From a virus (taxonomy: Duplodnaviria; Caudoviricetes), in IMG/VR virus record IMGVR_UViG_3300005805_000017, positions 1-30,159 of that record: 30,159 nucleotides of DNA; one strand, written 5' to 3'. Made by a program: the position numbers and the translations under genes. Of the stretch, positions 15,102 through 23,565 are shown in pieces (position 1 is the first letter of the stretch; every line of letters starts with the position of its first letter). The notes beneath the pieces are model-generated. The model searched no databases and was not told the DNA's origin. It worked only from the letters and a program-made list of their open reading frames with translations.

Positions 15102-15661
15102 GGTATTTGGTTTATTCTTTTATACCCCCCCTGTCGACTTGTCGCAGTATTACCACTACTAAAGGTATATCCCGCCGCCGGGCCCTGGGTGCTTATAGGG
15201 CTAATATCCGGCCAATTATTAGTATTATACTCAGGAAATAGACTAGAGTTAGCACAGAGATAGTCTACTAATCTTTTACGGTAGTAGTCGGCGTTTATCT
15301 GGTTACGGTTTATTAAATCTTTCATAGCCCCGCCGTCTATACTCTGGGTATCTTCGCTAGTTCGTTGTACTAAAGTACCGTTATCTAGTTTATACGTAAG
15401 GTAGGGTATAACCTCTACCATGGTAAACCATAATAAGCACTTACGTGCATACTCGTCCATTAGCGTTAGGTAGTTACCGGATAGCGTGTTATTCTCTACG
15501 TCGCTTTTTAGTTTATCCATTAGGTTAGTACCTAGGTATACCTCTAAATATTTATCCTGGGCCAAGAGTATAGACGGGTAAAGTAGGTTAGGGTCTACAG
15601 ATCCGTTAACGCTTGTATACTTTTTTATATACGTATCATTTATAAATAATACCTCTGCCAT
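15098..15661 (-). CDS. Head-tail adaptor/connector (putative)
   Basis: Follows the portal; helical protein with IKKYTSVNGSVD..LL.P.I..AQD.YL..YLGT.L recalled from Bacteroidota phage adaptors. Confidence 0.6.
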   Translation of the reverse strand: MAEVLFINDTYIKKYTSVNGSVDPNLLYPSILLAQDKYLEVYLGTNLMDKLKSDVENNTLSGNYLTLMDEYARKCLLWFTMVEVIPYLTYKLDNGTLVQRTSEDTQSIDGGAMKDLINRNQINADYYRKRLVDYLCANSSLFPEYNTNNWPDISPISTQGPAAGYTFSSGNTATSRQGGYKRINQIP

Positions 15662-15666
15662 AGTTT

Positions 15667-18003
15667 TTATTTTTTATACGCTGATCCATTTTTACCCCAT
15701 ACCGGGTTATCCTCTAAAAACCCTCTGTAGGGCATAGTTACCGGTTTCCGATCTACCCTCCAGTTATTTTTTACCTTTAACCCCGCTTTTTCTGCCTCAG
15801 CCCAGGCCCGCTCTTTTACGTATGGGCTCTTTAAATCTAGACCAAAGCCTTTAGCACTTATAAAGAGTAATTTTTTAAACGTGTGCCGACAGTTCCCGCC
15901 GCCTTTAAACTCCCAGATACTATACCGGTCGGCTCCGTAGGGCCCCCACCCAGGATTAACAGGAAAGTTTTTCATATTTATAATATCCTCTTTACGGTAA
16001 AGTTTGTCGGCGTCTAACATAGCCTTACAGAAATCTCTACTATTAGGGTATTTTTCGCCGTTATACTTATACCTAACGTAAAATTTACGGCCGTTTACGG
16101 TCTTGTCTTGCTCACTTTTAGCGTTAGGTTTAGCCGTACCGGTACCTACTTTATTTAAATATATGTCGCTAATCTCACTCAGGGCCTCGTTTTCTATTTC
16201 GTCGGTCTCTAGGTCTACGTCGTAAGAGTCTAATAAATACCAATCGGCGGGTAGATCGTGGCCTAATTCTATTAACTCCTCGGCTACGTCCTTAGGTAAA
16301 GGCTCCGGGGTGCTTTTAAGTTCTGTTAAACCCTCCACTATACGCGCGGCCCAGTCTCTCCCAGGATCACCCCCCCAAAGTTGCCAGGCTATCCGGCCCG
16401 CTGAGGGAAAACCCTCCTCTCCCAGGTTCCACCCGCTAGCCTCTTTGTCTATTTCATGCCTGGAAAAATAGGAGTTCATACGTTTAACCGTCTCTACAGA
16501 GAGGTTACGTAAATTACTAATATCTCTGGCTCTGGCTACGCCTACCTCTGTCCCCCCGCGTCCATACTCAGCCCTCCACTTTAGGCCTAACTCGGCCTCT
16601 GTAGCCATTTCTTTAGTAGGCTCGTAACTGTCCGCTAGCGTTACTACTTTTTTTTTACCGGATAGCGCTAGTCCTAAAGTCTGTATAGCCTGTAGCGCCG
16701 CCGCCTCTGGACTAACAGAGCCTGGACGTATACTTTTAAATATGTCGTCGATCTGTAAACTAGTAAGGCTCGGGAATGAGGCCGCCATAATTGCTTTACC
16801 GCTCTCCACCGGTAGGGTACCGGTCGCTACCGCCATACTTATCTCGATCATGGAGGCGATCTGTGCGCCGTTCATAGCCTGGGCGCTCACCGCGTCGGGC
16901 GCGGCTCCGTCTGCTACCTCCGCTTTTACTCCTAACGGCGTGTTAGGTACTATAAAAATATTTATTCCCGGTAGTTCCCAGGCTAAAATAGTCTCTAGGC
17001 TCTTAGATATTTGACGCTGTGCCGGCTCTATAACCTGGTTAGTAAAAATCTCTAACCCTGTAGCCATTTCGTCCTTATTAGATCCAAAGCCGGAGCCCTC
17101 GCCGCGTATACCAAAGAGTAACGGAGTCGTTACCCTGTGGGCTATCATTACCTCCGTTCTGCTAGTGGCCGTTAGATACTCATATAATTTGTCGGCGTCG
17201 TTAACCGTTAACGGTGTAATAGAGGGAGCCGTAGTACCGGGCTCATTAAACGACATTATAAACTTACCCGCGTTACGTGATCCGGATAACTTACCCTCCC
17301 AGTCCCGTATTATATCCTTTTGCGTTTCCGGGTCTTGCTGTCCATTGAAAAAAGAGACTATAGCACTAGGAAACATACCGTTACTAATACCGTTTACGTG
17401 GAAAATACCTATCTGTTTCGAGAGTTCTATATAGTTTACCGCGCTCCAGTAGTCGGGCTTAGGATATATAAACCCGCTAGTATGTCTAAAACAATAGTAA
17501 ACCTGTTTAGCCTCTTCATTCTTTTTTAGAGTATTGAATACCGGTAAATAGGTAGGCTTATTTTTTTTCTTTTTTATAGCCGTCCAGTCGTTACTGTGGA
17601 AAATACCCGTTATTAGTTCGTCCTCTCCATTTACCGCTAGCCTACACTCTGTAAAGGGTAGGTGCTTTATCTGTGCTACCCTTGACCTATCTACAGAGTA
17701 AATTACCTCCATATAAAAACCCCCGTATTTTTTGTAGTCGTGGGCTAGATCGTAACTAACGGCGTTTAAATTTAGTTCGTCGGCCCTCTGTTGGTAAGCC
17801 CCGGCACTAACACCCTTACCGGCTATCATGTCGCCTATAGAAATACAAAGGGCCCCATGTATAGGGCTAGTTTCTGCCAGGTCTGCTAGGTATTGTGGGA
17901 ATAAATTATCTACTCCGTAACTGATCCACCCGCCGCGATCTGGGCGCTCCGTTGCGCTTACCGGTGTATAATCTTTTAAATTTACATTTACTATATTACC
18001 CAT
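15667..18003 (-). CDS. Portal protein with C-terminal accessory and MuF-like domains, 778 aa
   Basis: N-terminal ~355 aa is portal-like (YGVDNLFPQYL, YPKPDY, NGMFPS, GSRNAGKF, IAHRVTTPLLFGI). C-terminal SRDFC...KGGGNCRH resembles the MuF/SPP1 gp7 Cys-His motif. Confidence 0.82.
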   Translation of the reverse strand: MGNIVNVNLKDYTPVSATERPDRGGWISYGVDNLFPQYLADLAETSPIHGALCISIGDMIAGKGVSAGAYQQRADELNLNAVSYDLAHDYKKYGGFYMEVIYSVDRSRVAQIKHLPFTECRLAVNGEDELITGIFHSNDWTAIKKKKNKPTYLPVFNTLKKNEEAKQVYYCFRHTSGFIYPKPDYWSAVNYIELSKQIGIFHVNGISNGMFPSAIVSFFNGQQDPETQKDIIRDWEGKLSGSRNAGKFIMSFNEPGTTAPSITPLTVNDADKLYEYLTATSRTEVMIAHRVTTPLLFGIRGEGSGFGSNKDEMATGLEIFTNQVIEPAQRQISKSLETILAWELPGINIFIVPNTPLGVKAEVADGAAPDAVSAQAMNGAQIASMIEISMAVATGTLPVESGKAIMAASFPSLTSLQIDDIFKSIRPGSVSPEAAALQAIQTLGLALSGKKKVVTLADSYEPTKEMATEAELGLKWRAEYGRGGTEVGVARARDISNLRNLSVETVKRMNSYFSRHEIDKEASGWNLGEEGFPSAGRIAWQLWGGDPGRDWAARIVEGLTELKSTPEPLPKDVAEELIELGHDLPADWYLLDSYDVDLETDEIENEALSEISDIYLNKVGTGTAKPNAKSEQDKTVNGRKFYVRYKYNGEKYPNSRDFCKAMLDADKLYRKEDIINMKNFPVNPGWGPYGADRYSIWEFKGGGNCRHTFKKLLFISAKGFGLDLKSPYVKERAWAEAEKAGLKVKNNWRVDRKPVTMPYRGFLEDNPVWGKNGSAYKK

Positions 18004-18382
18004 AAATAAAGTCGTTATTTATTGTGATATTAGGTAAGGTATACCCGGCACTCTCATCTGTTAACACTATCCAACCCTGTTCTACCATACCTACTACCGT
18101 TATGTTATTAGGGTCTAAGTTACTATTATTTATCTGTCCGTAAACATAATACCTATAACGTCCTGGGAGTAACAGCCCTACCGTAGTTATGGTTAACTGT
18201 GTTACCCTCTGGCTTTCACTTACTACAGTCGCTACCTGGGCTAAATAATTTCCCGCTATACTATTCTCTTCGTGCTGTAGCGTAATTAAGTAGTAATTAA
18301 AAGGCGTATTAAAATACTGTCTACCCTCGTCTAAGGATAGTAGTAAACTCTGGGCCGCTGTATTCGTTAGTAGTGTAATCAT
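17996..18382 (-). CDS. Putative virion structural protein, 128 aa
   Basis: Beta-rich ORF between the tail tube and portal genes; overlaps the portal start. Confidence 0.6.
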   Translation of the reverse strand: MITLLTNTAAQSLLLSLDEGRQYFNTPFNYYLITLQHEENSIAGNYLAQVATVVSESQRVTQLTITTVGLLLPGRYRYYVYGQINNSNLDPNNITVVGMVEQGWIVLTDESAGYTLPNITINNDFIYG

Positions 18383-18387
18383 GTTAT

Positions 18388-18413
18388 AAAAAAGGGCGGG
18401 TATATTCCCGCCC
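18388..18413 (-). terminator. Rho-independent terminator after capsid/tail-tube genes
   Basis: Minus strand GGGCGGG-AATATA-CCCGCCC followed by TTTTTT. Confidence 0.85.
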
Positions 18414-18436
18414 CGTTTAAAATTTTTAAGCCGCTA

Positions 18437-18988
18437 TTAGTAAGCCGGGCTAACTGTAATACCCGCGAAATTCTCAAAAGGCGTTTCACTTGCCGGGTCG
18501 TACTGATCTAAAAACTCTGGCTGTGTTTGCTCCTCTGCTGTGATAGTTAATTGGTAACCGTTTAGGTCGCCTTTAGCCTTACCACTTGCGAAAGTTCCCG
18601 CCGTTAAAAAGGCTCCGTCTGTGCGCCCTACCATTACTATTTGATCGTCGAACAGTCTAACGAATACCGCTAACTTAGCCTTAGCCAAATTCTCTAACTC
18701 GAGTTTTTTATCTGGGCTAAGTTTATTTAGGGTGAGTTCAACAGTCTGCAAATAGAACAGGGTGCCATTTTCCAGGTTAACCGTTGGGGTAACTGTGAGA
18801 GAGCCTGTATTCCTGTTAGGTTGGTAACGGTAAATAGTCGTGGTAGGTAGGCCGTCAATTACTCCCGTCGTGCCGTTGATACTTACGCCTGTAGCGAAAT
18901 TAGACCACTTCTGGAATAATACTTCCTTAACCCCACCTATCCCCTCGTTACAATCTAGGGTAAACCCTTTAGTTAAATTACAAGCCAT
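18437..18988 (-). CDS. Major tail tube protein (putative)
   Basis: MAC.LT.G..LDC....GGVK N-terminus, beta-rich, G.A.GDLNGY.LT C-terminus; lies with the MCP before a strong terminator. Confidence 0.65.
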   Translation of the reverse strand: MACNLTKGFTLDCNEGIGGVKEVLFQKWSNFATGVSINGTTGVIDGLPTTTIYRYQPNRNTGSLTVTPTVNLENGTLFYLQTVELTLNKLSPDKKLELENLAKAKLAVFVRLFDDQIVMVGRTDGAFLTAGTFASGKAKGDLNGYQLTITAEEQTQPEFLDQYDPASETPFENFAGITVSPAY

Positions 18989-19005
18989 TTTTTTATTTTA
19001 TTAAA

Positions 19006-19923
19006 TTAGAACCATGTAGAGTAAGCCGCAATTTTAGAGCCTATACCGTACTGAGCGGCCGCGAAAAACTTAGCGCTAAACCTTACGTTATCCTCTGCAA
19101 ATTGTGTCATGTCTACCACAGTTACGTTATTCCAGTCATTAAGTACGTTAGTACCAAACCACAAGTTAGATTTAGGAGCCATAATCATAGTAGACTCACC
19201 GCTAGGCATACCTGGACATACCGCGATAGGATAGGTACCCATGAAAGTTTTAGGCACCTCGGCACCGCCGTAAGTATACCAACCATTACCGGCCGCCGCT
19301 GAGGCATACATAAAGGCCTCCCATACGCTAGGATCCATATAAATAGTTGGCTTCTCGTTACCGTATTTTACCGCTGTAGGGAGGGCCGCAATCAAAGCCT
19401 GTATTTTAGCAAATACGTTAGTAGAGTCGATAGCCACCGGAGAGGATACGAAATTTACGTCGTTATCTACGTCCGCTCCGATCAAAGTTAAAAGGCCGTC
19501 GTATTCAGTAGTAGGGTTAGCCGTAGCGTCTCCTACCCATACTTGGCGCTCATTCTCTGCCGCAATACCCTCTAACATATTTGTTATAAGAGCCTCGGTA
19601 AAATTCGCGTCTAGTCTGCCCTGTTGCGCCTCGAGCGCCGGAAAGTCAGCCAAAAATTTATTTATACAAATTTCCTGTTGTACCTGGAATTTTTTTAGTG
19701 TTATCCAACGCTCTGTTAGTGTAACCTCACCCGTTGGAGTCCAGGCGCAAGCCTGAGCGCCAAAGGAAATATCGTTTACGAGTTTCTTAACTACTTGTCT
19801 GTAGTCTATATTTTCTTTTACGGTAATATTTTGGAGCGTATCATTTGCCAGAAATGCCGCTTTAATATACTCTCCCGCGCTTTTACCGCTATACGAGGAG
19901 GTATTTTGAAAATCTGTAGCCAT
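19006..19923 (-). CDS. Major capsid protein (HK97-fold, putative)
   Basis: 305 aa, follows protease and scaffold; E...W.GD....DGLL and P-domain-like IYM...FMG.YPIAVCPGMP patterns. Confidence 0.8.
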   Translation of the reverse strand: MATDFQNTSSYSGKSAGEYIKAAFLANDTLQNITVKENIDYRQVVKKLVNDISFGAQACAWTPTGEVTLTERWITLKKFQVQQEICINKFLADFPALEAQQGRLDANFTEALITNMLEGIAAENERQVWVGDATANPTTEYDGLLTLIGADVDNDVNFVSSPVAIDSTNVFAKIQALIAALPTAVKYGNEKPTIYMDPSVWEAFMYASAAAGNGWYTYGGAEVPKTFMGTYPIAVCPGMPSGESTMIMAPKSNLWFGTNVLNDWNNVTVVDMTQFAEDNVRFSAKFFAAAQYGIGSKIAAYSTWF

Positions 19924-19939
19924 TTTTTAAAATATTTTT

Positions 19940-20527
19940 TTATTTATTATTTAAATTAAATTCGATACGCTCCCTCATAGACATAGCGCTAAAAGGCTTT
20001 ACCGGGGCGCTTTTTTCTCTACCCAGGTTAACCTCTTTAGAGTCTTTTACGCTAAGGGCCGCCGGTGCTTTTTTCAAGTTAGAGAGTTCCAATTTTACCG
20101 CGCTCAGTTCTGTATTGAATTTAGAACGCTCTGCCTCCAGGGCCTTACTCAACTCAGTATTTTGAGCCTGTACCTCGGCTATTTTCTCTACGAGATCTTT
20201 TATAAAATTCTCTACCTCGGCGCTCATTTCCTGTTCTACCTCAGGGGTTTTAATTTCTGCTATCATCATGTCGTCACCTACTACTAAAGTAGTGCCGTCC
20301 TCTAGCATATACTCACCGGGTTGCACCTGGACAGGGTTACCGTCGGCGTCCATAGAGTAAATATCTACGCCAACAGCCCAGGCGTCCGCTGTGCTGTAAA
20401 TCATTGTACCGTCCTGTAGTTTTGCCTCGGCGCTCAACTTAATTTCTTCACTAAGTTTTATACCCAGGTCTTTTGGATCTACATTTTTAGCACTTAATAG
20501 CGCTCTAAATTTTTCCGCTAGTGTCAT
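19940..20527 (-). CDS. Capsid scaffolding protein (putative)
   Basis: Acidic, with GEYMLEDGTTLVV motif and a C-terminal coiled coil; between protease and MCP. Confidence 0.7.
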   Translation of the reverse strand: MTLAEKFRALLSAKNVDPKDLGIKLSEEIKLSAEAKLQDGTMIYSTADAWAVGVDIYSMDADGNPVQVQPGEYMLEDGTTLVVGDDMMIAEIKTPEVEQEMSAEVENFIKDLVEKIAEVQAQNTELSKALEAERSKFNTELSAVKLELSNLKKAPAALSVKDSKEVNLGREKSAPVKPFSAMSMRERIEFNLNNK

Positions 20528-20558
20528 TAGTTTACTTTTTTTATAAAAACTACTATAG

Positions 20559-21152
20559 TTATTTTTTCCCCATTTCGCCTAAAATTTTTTCTAGGCTGTC
20601 CAAAAATTCAGCGCCTGGGTCACCCGTTTGCTTACTTAGTTTTATGTGATCGAAACGGCCCTCTATACTAAAGCCTGTAATCTCTCCGGCCTTAACCGCC
20701 TCCCATACGTTATCTTCTCTTACGTGAGTTCCTAACATCCAGGTACCGGCCGGAAAGTTTAGCCCGAAATGAGCGGCCTTATCCTTTTGGCTATCCTCTA
20801 TTAGCCATGACTCGACTACAGTACAGCCCTCTATAGGTGTTTGGTGTTCTATACTGTGGGCGTCTTGGAGGTGCTTTTTTAAAAATAGGTGAGCGCAGTT
20901 GTATATAGTATCTTTAGTAAAGTATATATAATACTCCTCGCCTGTAGTTTCGTCTACGCGCAATATTTTTTTATCCGGTATTAAGGCCGGGCCGTATAAC
21001 ATACGCCGCTCACCGTCTACCGCCGATAGTTTAACGTCTGCTAAATAAACCCATTCGGCCTCTATTGCGGGCTCCGATACTAAACCTATAGCGTATACGC
21101 CTAAGTTTCCCTCTTTGTCTAGTCGACACTCTTTTAATTGTTTTTTTTCCAT
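20559..21152 (-). CDS. Prohead protease, XkdF-like serine peptidase
   Basis: RMLYGPALIPDK.I.R, SIEH, VESWLIED, GTWM and WEAVKAGEITGFSIEG motifs. Confidence 0.87.
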   Translation of the reverse strand: MEKKQLKECRLDKEGNLGVYAIGLVSEPAIEAEWVYLADVKLSAVDGERRMLYGPALIPDKKILRVDETTGEEYYIYFTKDTIYNCAHLFLKKHLQDAHSIEHQTPIEGCTVVESWLIEDSQKDKAAHFGLNFPAGTWMLGTHVREDNVWEAVKAGEITGFSIEGRFDHIKLSKQTGDPGAEFLDSLEKILGEMGKK

Positions 21153-21157
21153 TTTTT

Positions 21158-23404
21158 CTATCCTGTTAAACGTGCTAAATTTTCAATTTTTGCCCGGGCG
21201 TCCTGGGCACCGGTGACCTCCCCGGCTAAGACGTAGGCCGGGGTAGCCTGTGGCGGCCTGTTTAAAATGTCTATACCCTGAGGTACCGCTACCGGTGTCC
21301 CAGTTGACGTAGTACCCCCGCCACCCCCGCCGCTAGATCCACCTAGCGCGCTGTCGGCTATTGCTGTAGACTCGTAGTTAGTGCGCTTTATCTTATTTAT
21401 TTGAACTATACCGGCGGCCGCTACAGAGGCTCCCGCCGCAAACGCCCTCACTACGCTAGTTGGATCCCCCGGGGTTAACTGAGACGCTACCGCCGCTACT
21501 ATTGCGGCTCCGTTATTTATTACCGCCTGGGATATTTGTAGTTTTTTATTTCTCTCAAACAGGGCCTTATTCTGTGCGTCTAATTCTTTACGTCTCTTTA
21601 TTAGGGCGTCGCGTTGCTCTTTAGTCTGGGCCTCGCTTATTTGTTTATCTAGGTCACTAATAGCCTTACTAACTTGCTCTTGTTTCTGGGCGTTGGCCTC
21701 TGCTAAAGTACCCAGGGCGCTACTAGCGGAGTCGGCGAAAAATTGTATATCATTTAAAATTTGCTCTTTACGTTTCTCCTCTTTTTCCGCTTGTTTTGCC
21801 GCGTCCTCAGAGTCGTATTTATCCGTTATCTCCTTTCGTTTTAGTCTGTATAGTTCCTCTAGTTGTTTTAATACTTCAGTATTTCCGGCAAACGTCGCCT
21901 GATCCTCAAAATATTTTTCCTGTAGCGCGTCTAACTCTTTATCCTTAGCGCTCATTTTCTGAGTCCTTAACTCCTCGGCTATAGCCTCCTCTCTGCTAAT
22001 TAACTCTAGCGCGTTGGCTTGCTGTATTTTTAAACTTTCGGCGTTGGCTTTACGTTGGATCTCTAATTTTTCTTTAGCGTATTTCTCATTTATAGCGTTT
22101 ATGGCTATACCTCGCTCTGTTTCTATCTGGGCTAACAGATCCGTATTATTTCCCGCCTCTTTTACTAAGGCGTCGAATTTTAACTTATTTTCCTCTAACT
22201 CTCTATCCTGTTCACTTAGGGCCTTTAGTCTCCTATCCTCTGCTAGTTTCGCTAACTCGGCGTTTAACTTATCCTCTGTCTCCTTAATCTTATTCGCCCT
22301 GTCTGTGGCCGACTTAGTAGCGTCGGCGTTTATCTTATTCTCTATACCGGCCTTAGTATTTTTTAGGGCCGTTAACTGTTTCTCACTTTCCTTTAGTGCC
22401 GCCTGGCCCTCCTTTTGAACGGCGTCCGGGTCGAATAATAAACCCGCTACAGACTCGTTGGCTTGGTCTATAAACCTCGTAAGGTCTCCTATATTGCCGC
22501 GCGTTTCGTCGCTAATAATACCTATAGAGTTAGCGCCGTCTAAAATTTTATTTACTACCTCTAATAGTAGCCTACTAGGCGCCGTTAGGAAATTTAATAT
22601 ACCTACTAAAAACTCTTTATTTCTTTTAGCCGCCTCGGTCTGGGCTACGAGTTGGTTTTTTTGAGTCTGTAGCGTTACCTCTTGCTCTGCTATGGCTGTG
22701 TCTAACGCCTGTAGTTTTAACTGTGTTATTTCTTTTTCGCTCTTGCCTTGCTGTTTTAGTATTTCCTCTTGCTGTCCTATAGCGTCTACTTGCTCTTTGG
22801 CTAACGTCGCTTTTTCCTGTTGGGCCTTTAATTGTTTTTCGTCTGCCGCACTTACCCCGTCTACTAGGCTTAACAGTTCGTCACTATATGCCACCGCCGC
22901 ACCGATCGCGGCCGCTAATAAAAATATAGGGTTAGTTAATAAGGCTTTACCTAGGTTACCTATACCCTTTACAAATGAGCCCAGGCCGTCACTCAGAGCC
23001 TTAAAATCTAACTGTTTTACGTTGGAAGTTAAACCGCTAAGAGCGCTAGCCGCGCCTCCAAAGTCTAAACTACTCAGACGTTGGCCTAACAGCCCGGCGT
23101 TACCGGCTAAATTTTCTACCGCGTTGCCGGCGTTAGCCCGTATACTCTGGGCCGCGTCGTCTACCTGGTCTTTTAATTTACCTATTTTCTGGCTTAGATC
23201 TACATACTTTTGGCTATTAGGGTCGACGTTGGCAAGTTCGCGGCTGAGTTCCTTAATCTGTTTTTTAAGGTTGTTACTCGAATTAACCGCGTTTTCCTGT
23301 TTAGTGTTTAGCGCGTCTAGTTCCGTTCCTATAGCCTCTATAGGGGCTACAGCCCCAGAACTATCTACGCTTAACTTTATTAAATATTCGCTGTCCTGTG
23401 CCAT
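21158..23404 (-). CDS. Tape measure protein, 748 aa
   Basis: Long Ala/Leu/Glu/Lys-rich helical protein with NPIFLLAAAIGAAV hydrophobic patch and C-terminal AYVLAGEVT.AQ. Confidence 0.85.
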   Translation of the reverse strand: MAQDSEYLIKLSVDSSGAVAPIEAIGTELDALNTKQENAVNSSNNLKKQIKELSRELANVDPNSQKYVDLSQKIGKLKDQVDDAAQSIRANAGNAVENLAGNAGLLGQRLSSLDFGGAASALSGLTSNVKQLDFKALSDGLGSFVKGIGNLGKALLTNPIFLLAAAIGAAVAYSDELLSLVDGVSAADEKQLKAQQEKATLAKEQVDAIGQQEEILKQQGKSEKEITQLKLQALDTAIAEQEVTLQTQKNQLVAQTEAAKRNKEFLVGILNFLTAPSRLLLEVVNKILDGANSIGIISDETRGNIGDLTRFIDQANESVAGLLFDPDAVQKEGQAALKESEKQLTALKNTKAGIENKINADATKSATDRANKIKETEDKLNAELAKLAEDRRLKALSEQDRELEENKLKFDALVKEAGNNTDLLAQIETERGIAINAINEKYAKEKLEIQRKANAESLKIQQANALELISREEAIAEELRTQKMSAKDKELDALQEKYFEDQATFAGNTEVLKQLEELYRLKRKEITDKYDSEDAAKQAEKEEKRKEQILNDIQFFADSASSALGTLAEANAQKQEQVSKAISDLDKQISEAQTKEQRDALIKRRKELDAQNKALFERNKKLQISQAVINNGAAIVAAVASQLTPGDPTSVVRAFAAGASVAAAGIVQINKIKRTNYESTAIADSALGGSSGGGGGGTTSTGTPVAVPQGIDILNRPPQATPAYVLAGEVTGAQDARAKIENLARLTG

Positions 23405-23565
23405 TAACTAAAAATTAAATACAATAAACCTAAATAAAAACCTATTACTGAGAAGTATTTTAAAAACCTATATAAAATAAATCTCCACCCCATTAGGTAA
23501 AAACTTTTTTTCCTAGTTTTTAACCCCGCTTTTAAGAGGGCTAGCGTTATACTTATATCATTCAT
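23404..23565 (-). CDS. Small basic membrane protein, 53 aa
   Basis: MNDISITLALLKAG...FSVIGFYLGLLYLIFS; TAATG overlaps at both ends favour start 23565 over 23655. Confidence 0.65.
   Translation of the reverse strand: MNDISITLALLKAGLKTRKKSFYLMGWRFILYRFLKYFSVIGFYLGLLYLIFS

Noticed and set aside
17561-17577. In-frame A AAA AAG slippery heptamer in the portal N-terminal half
   Set aside because: A shift would truncate the portal core at about 147 aa, with no domain boundary or downstream ORF; likely an incidental Lys run.
3009-20552. TAGTTTTTA upstream of the chaperone (3009-3017) and scaffold (20544-20552) genes as a late promoter
   Set aside because: Only two intergenic copies, low complexity, and it also occurs inside a gene near 25050; insufficient support.
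21693-23411. Long plus-strand ORFs antisense to the tape measure (up to 239 aa)
   Set aside because: Ser/Phe/Leu-rich mirror translations with no leader, promoter or motif.
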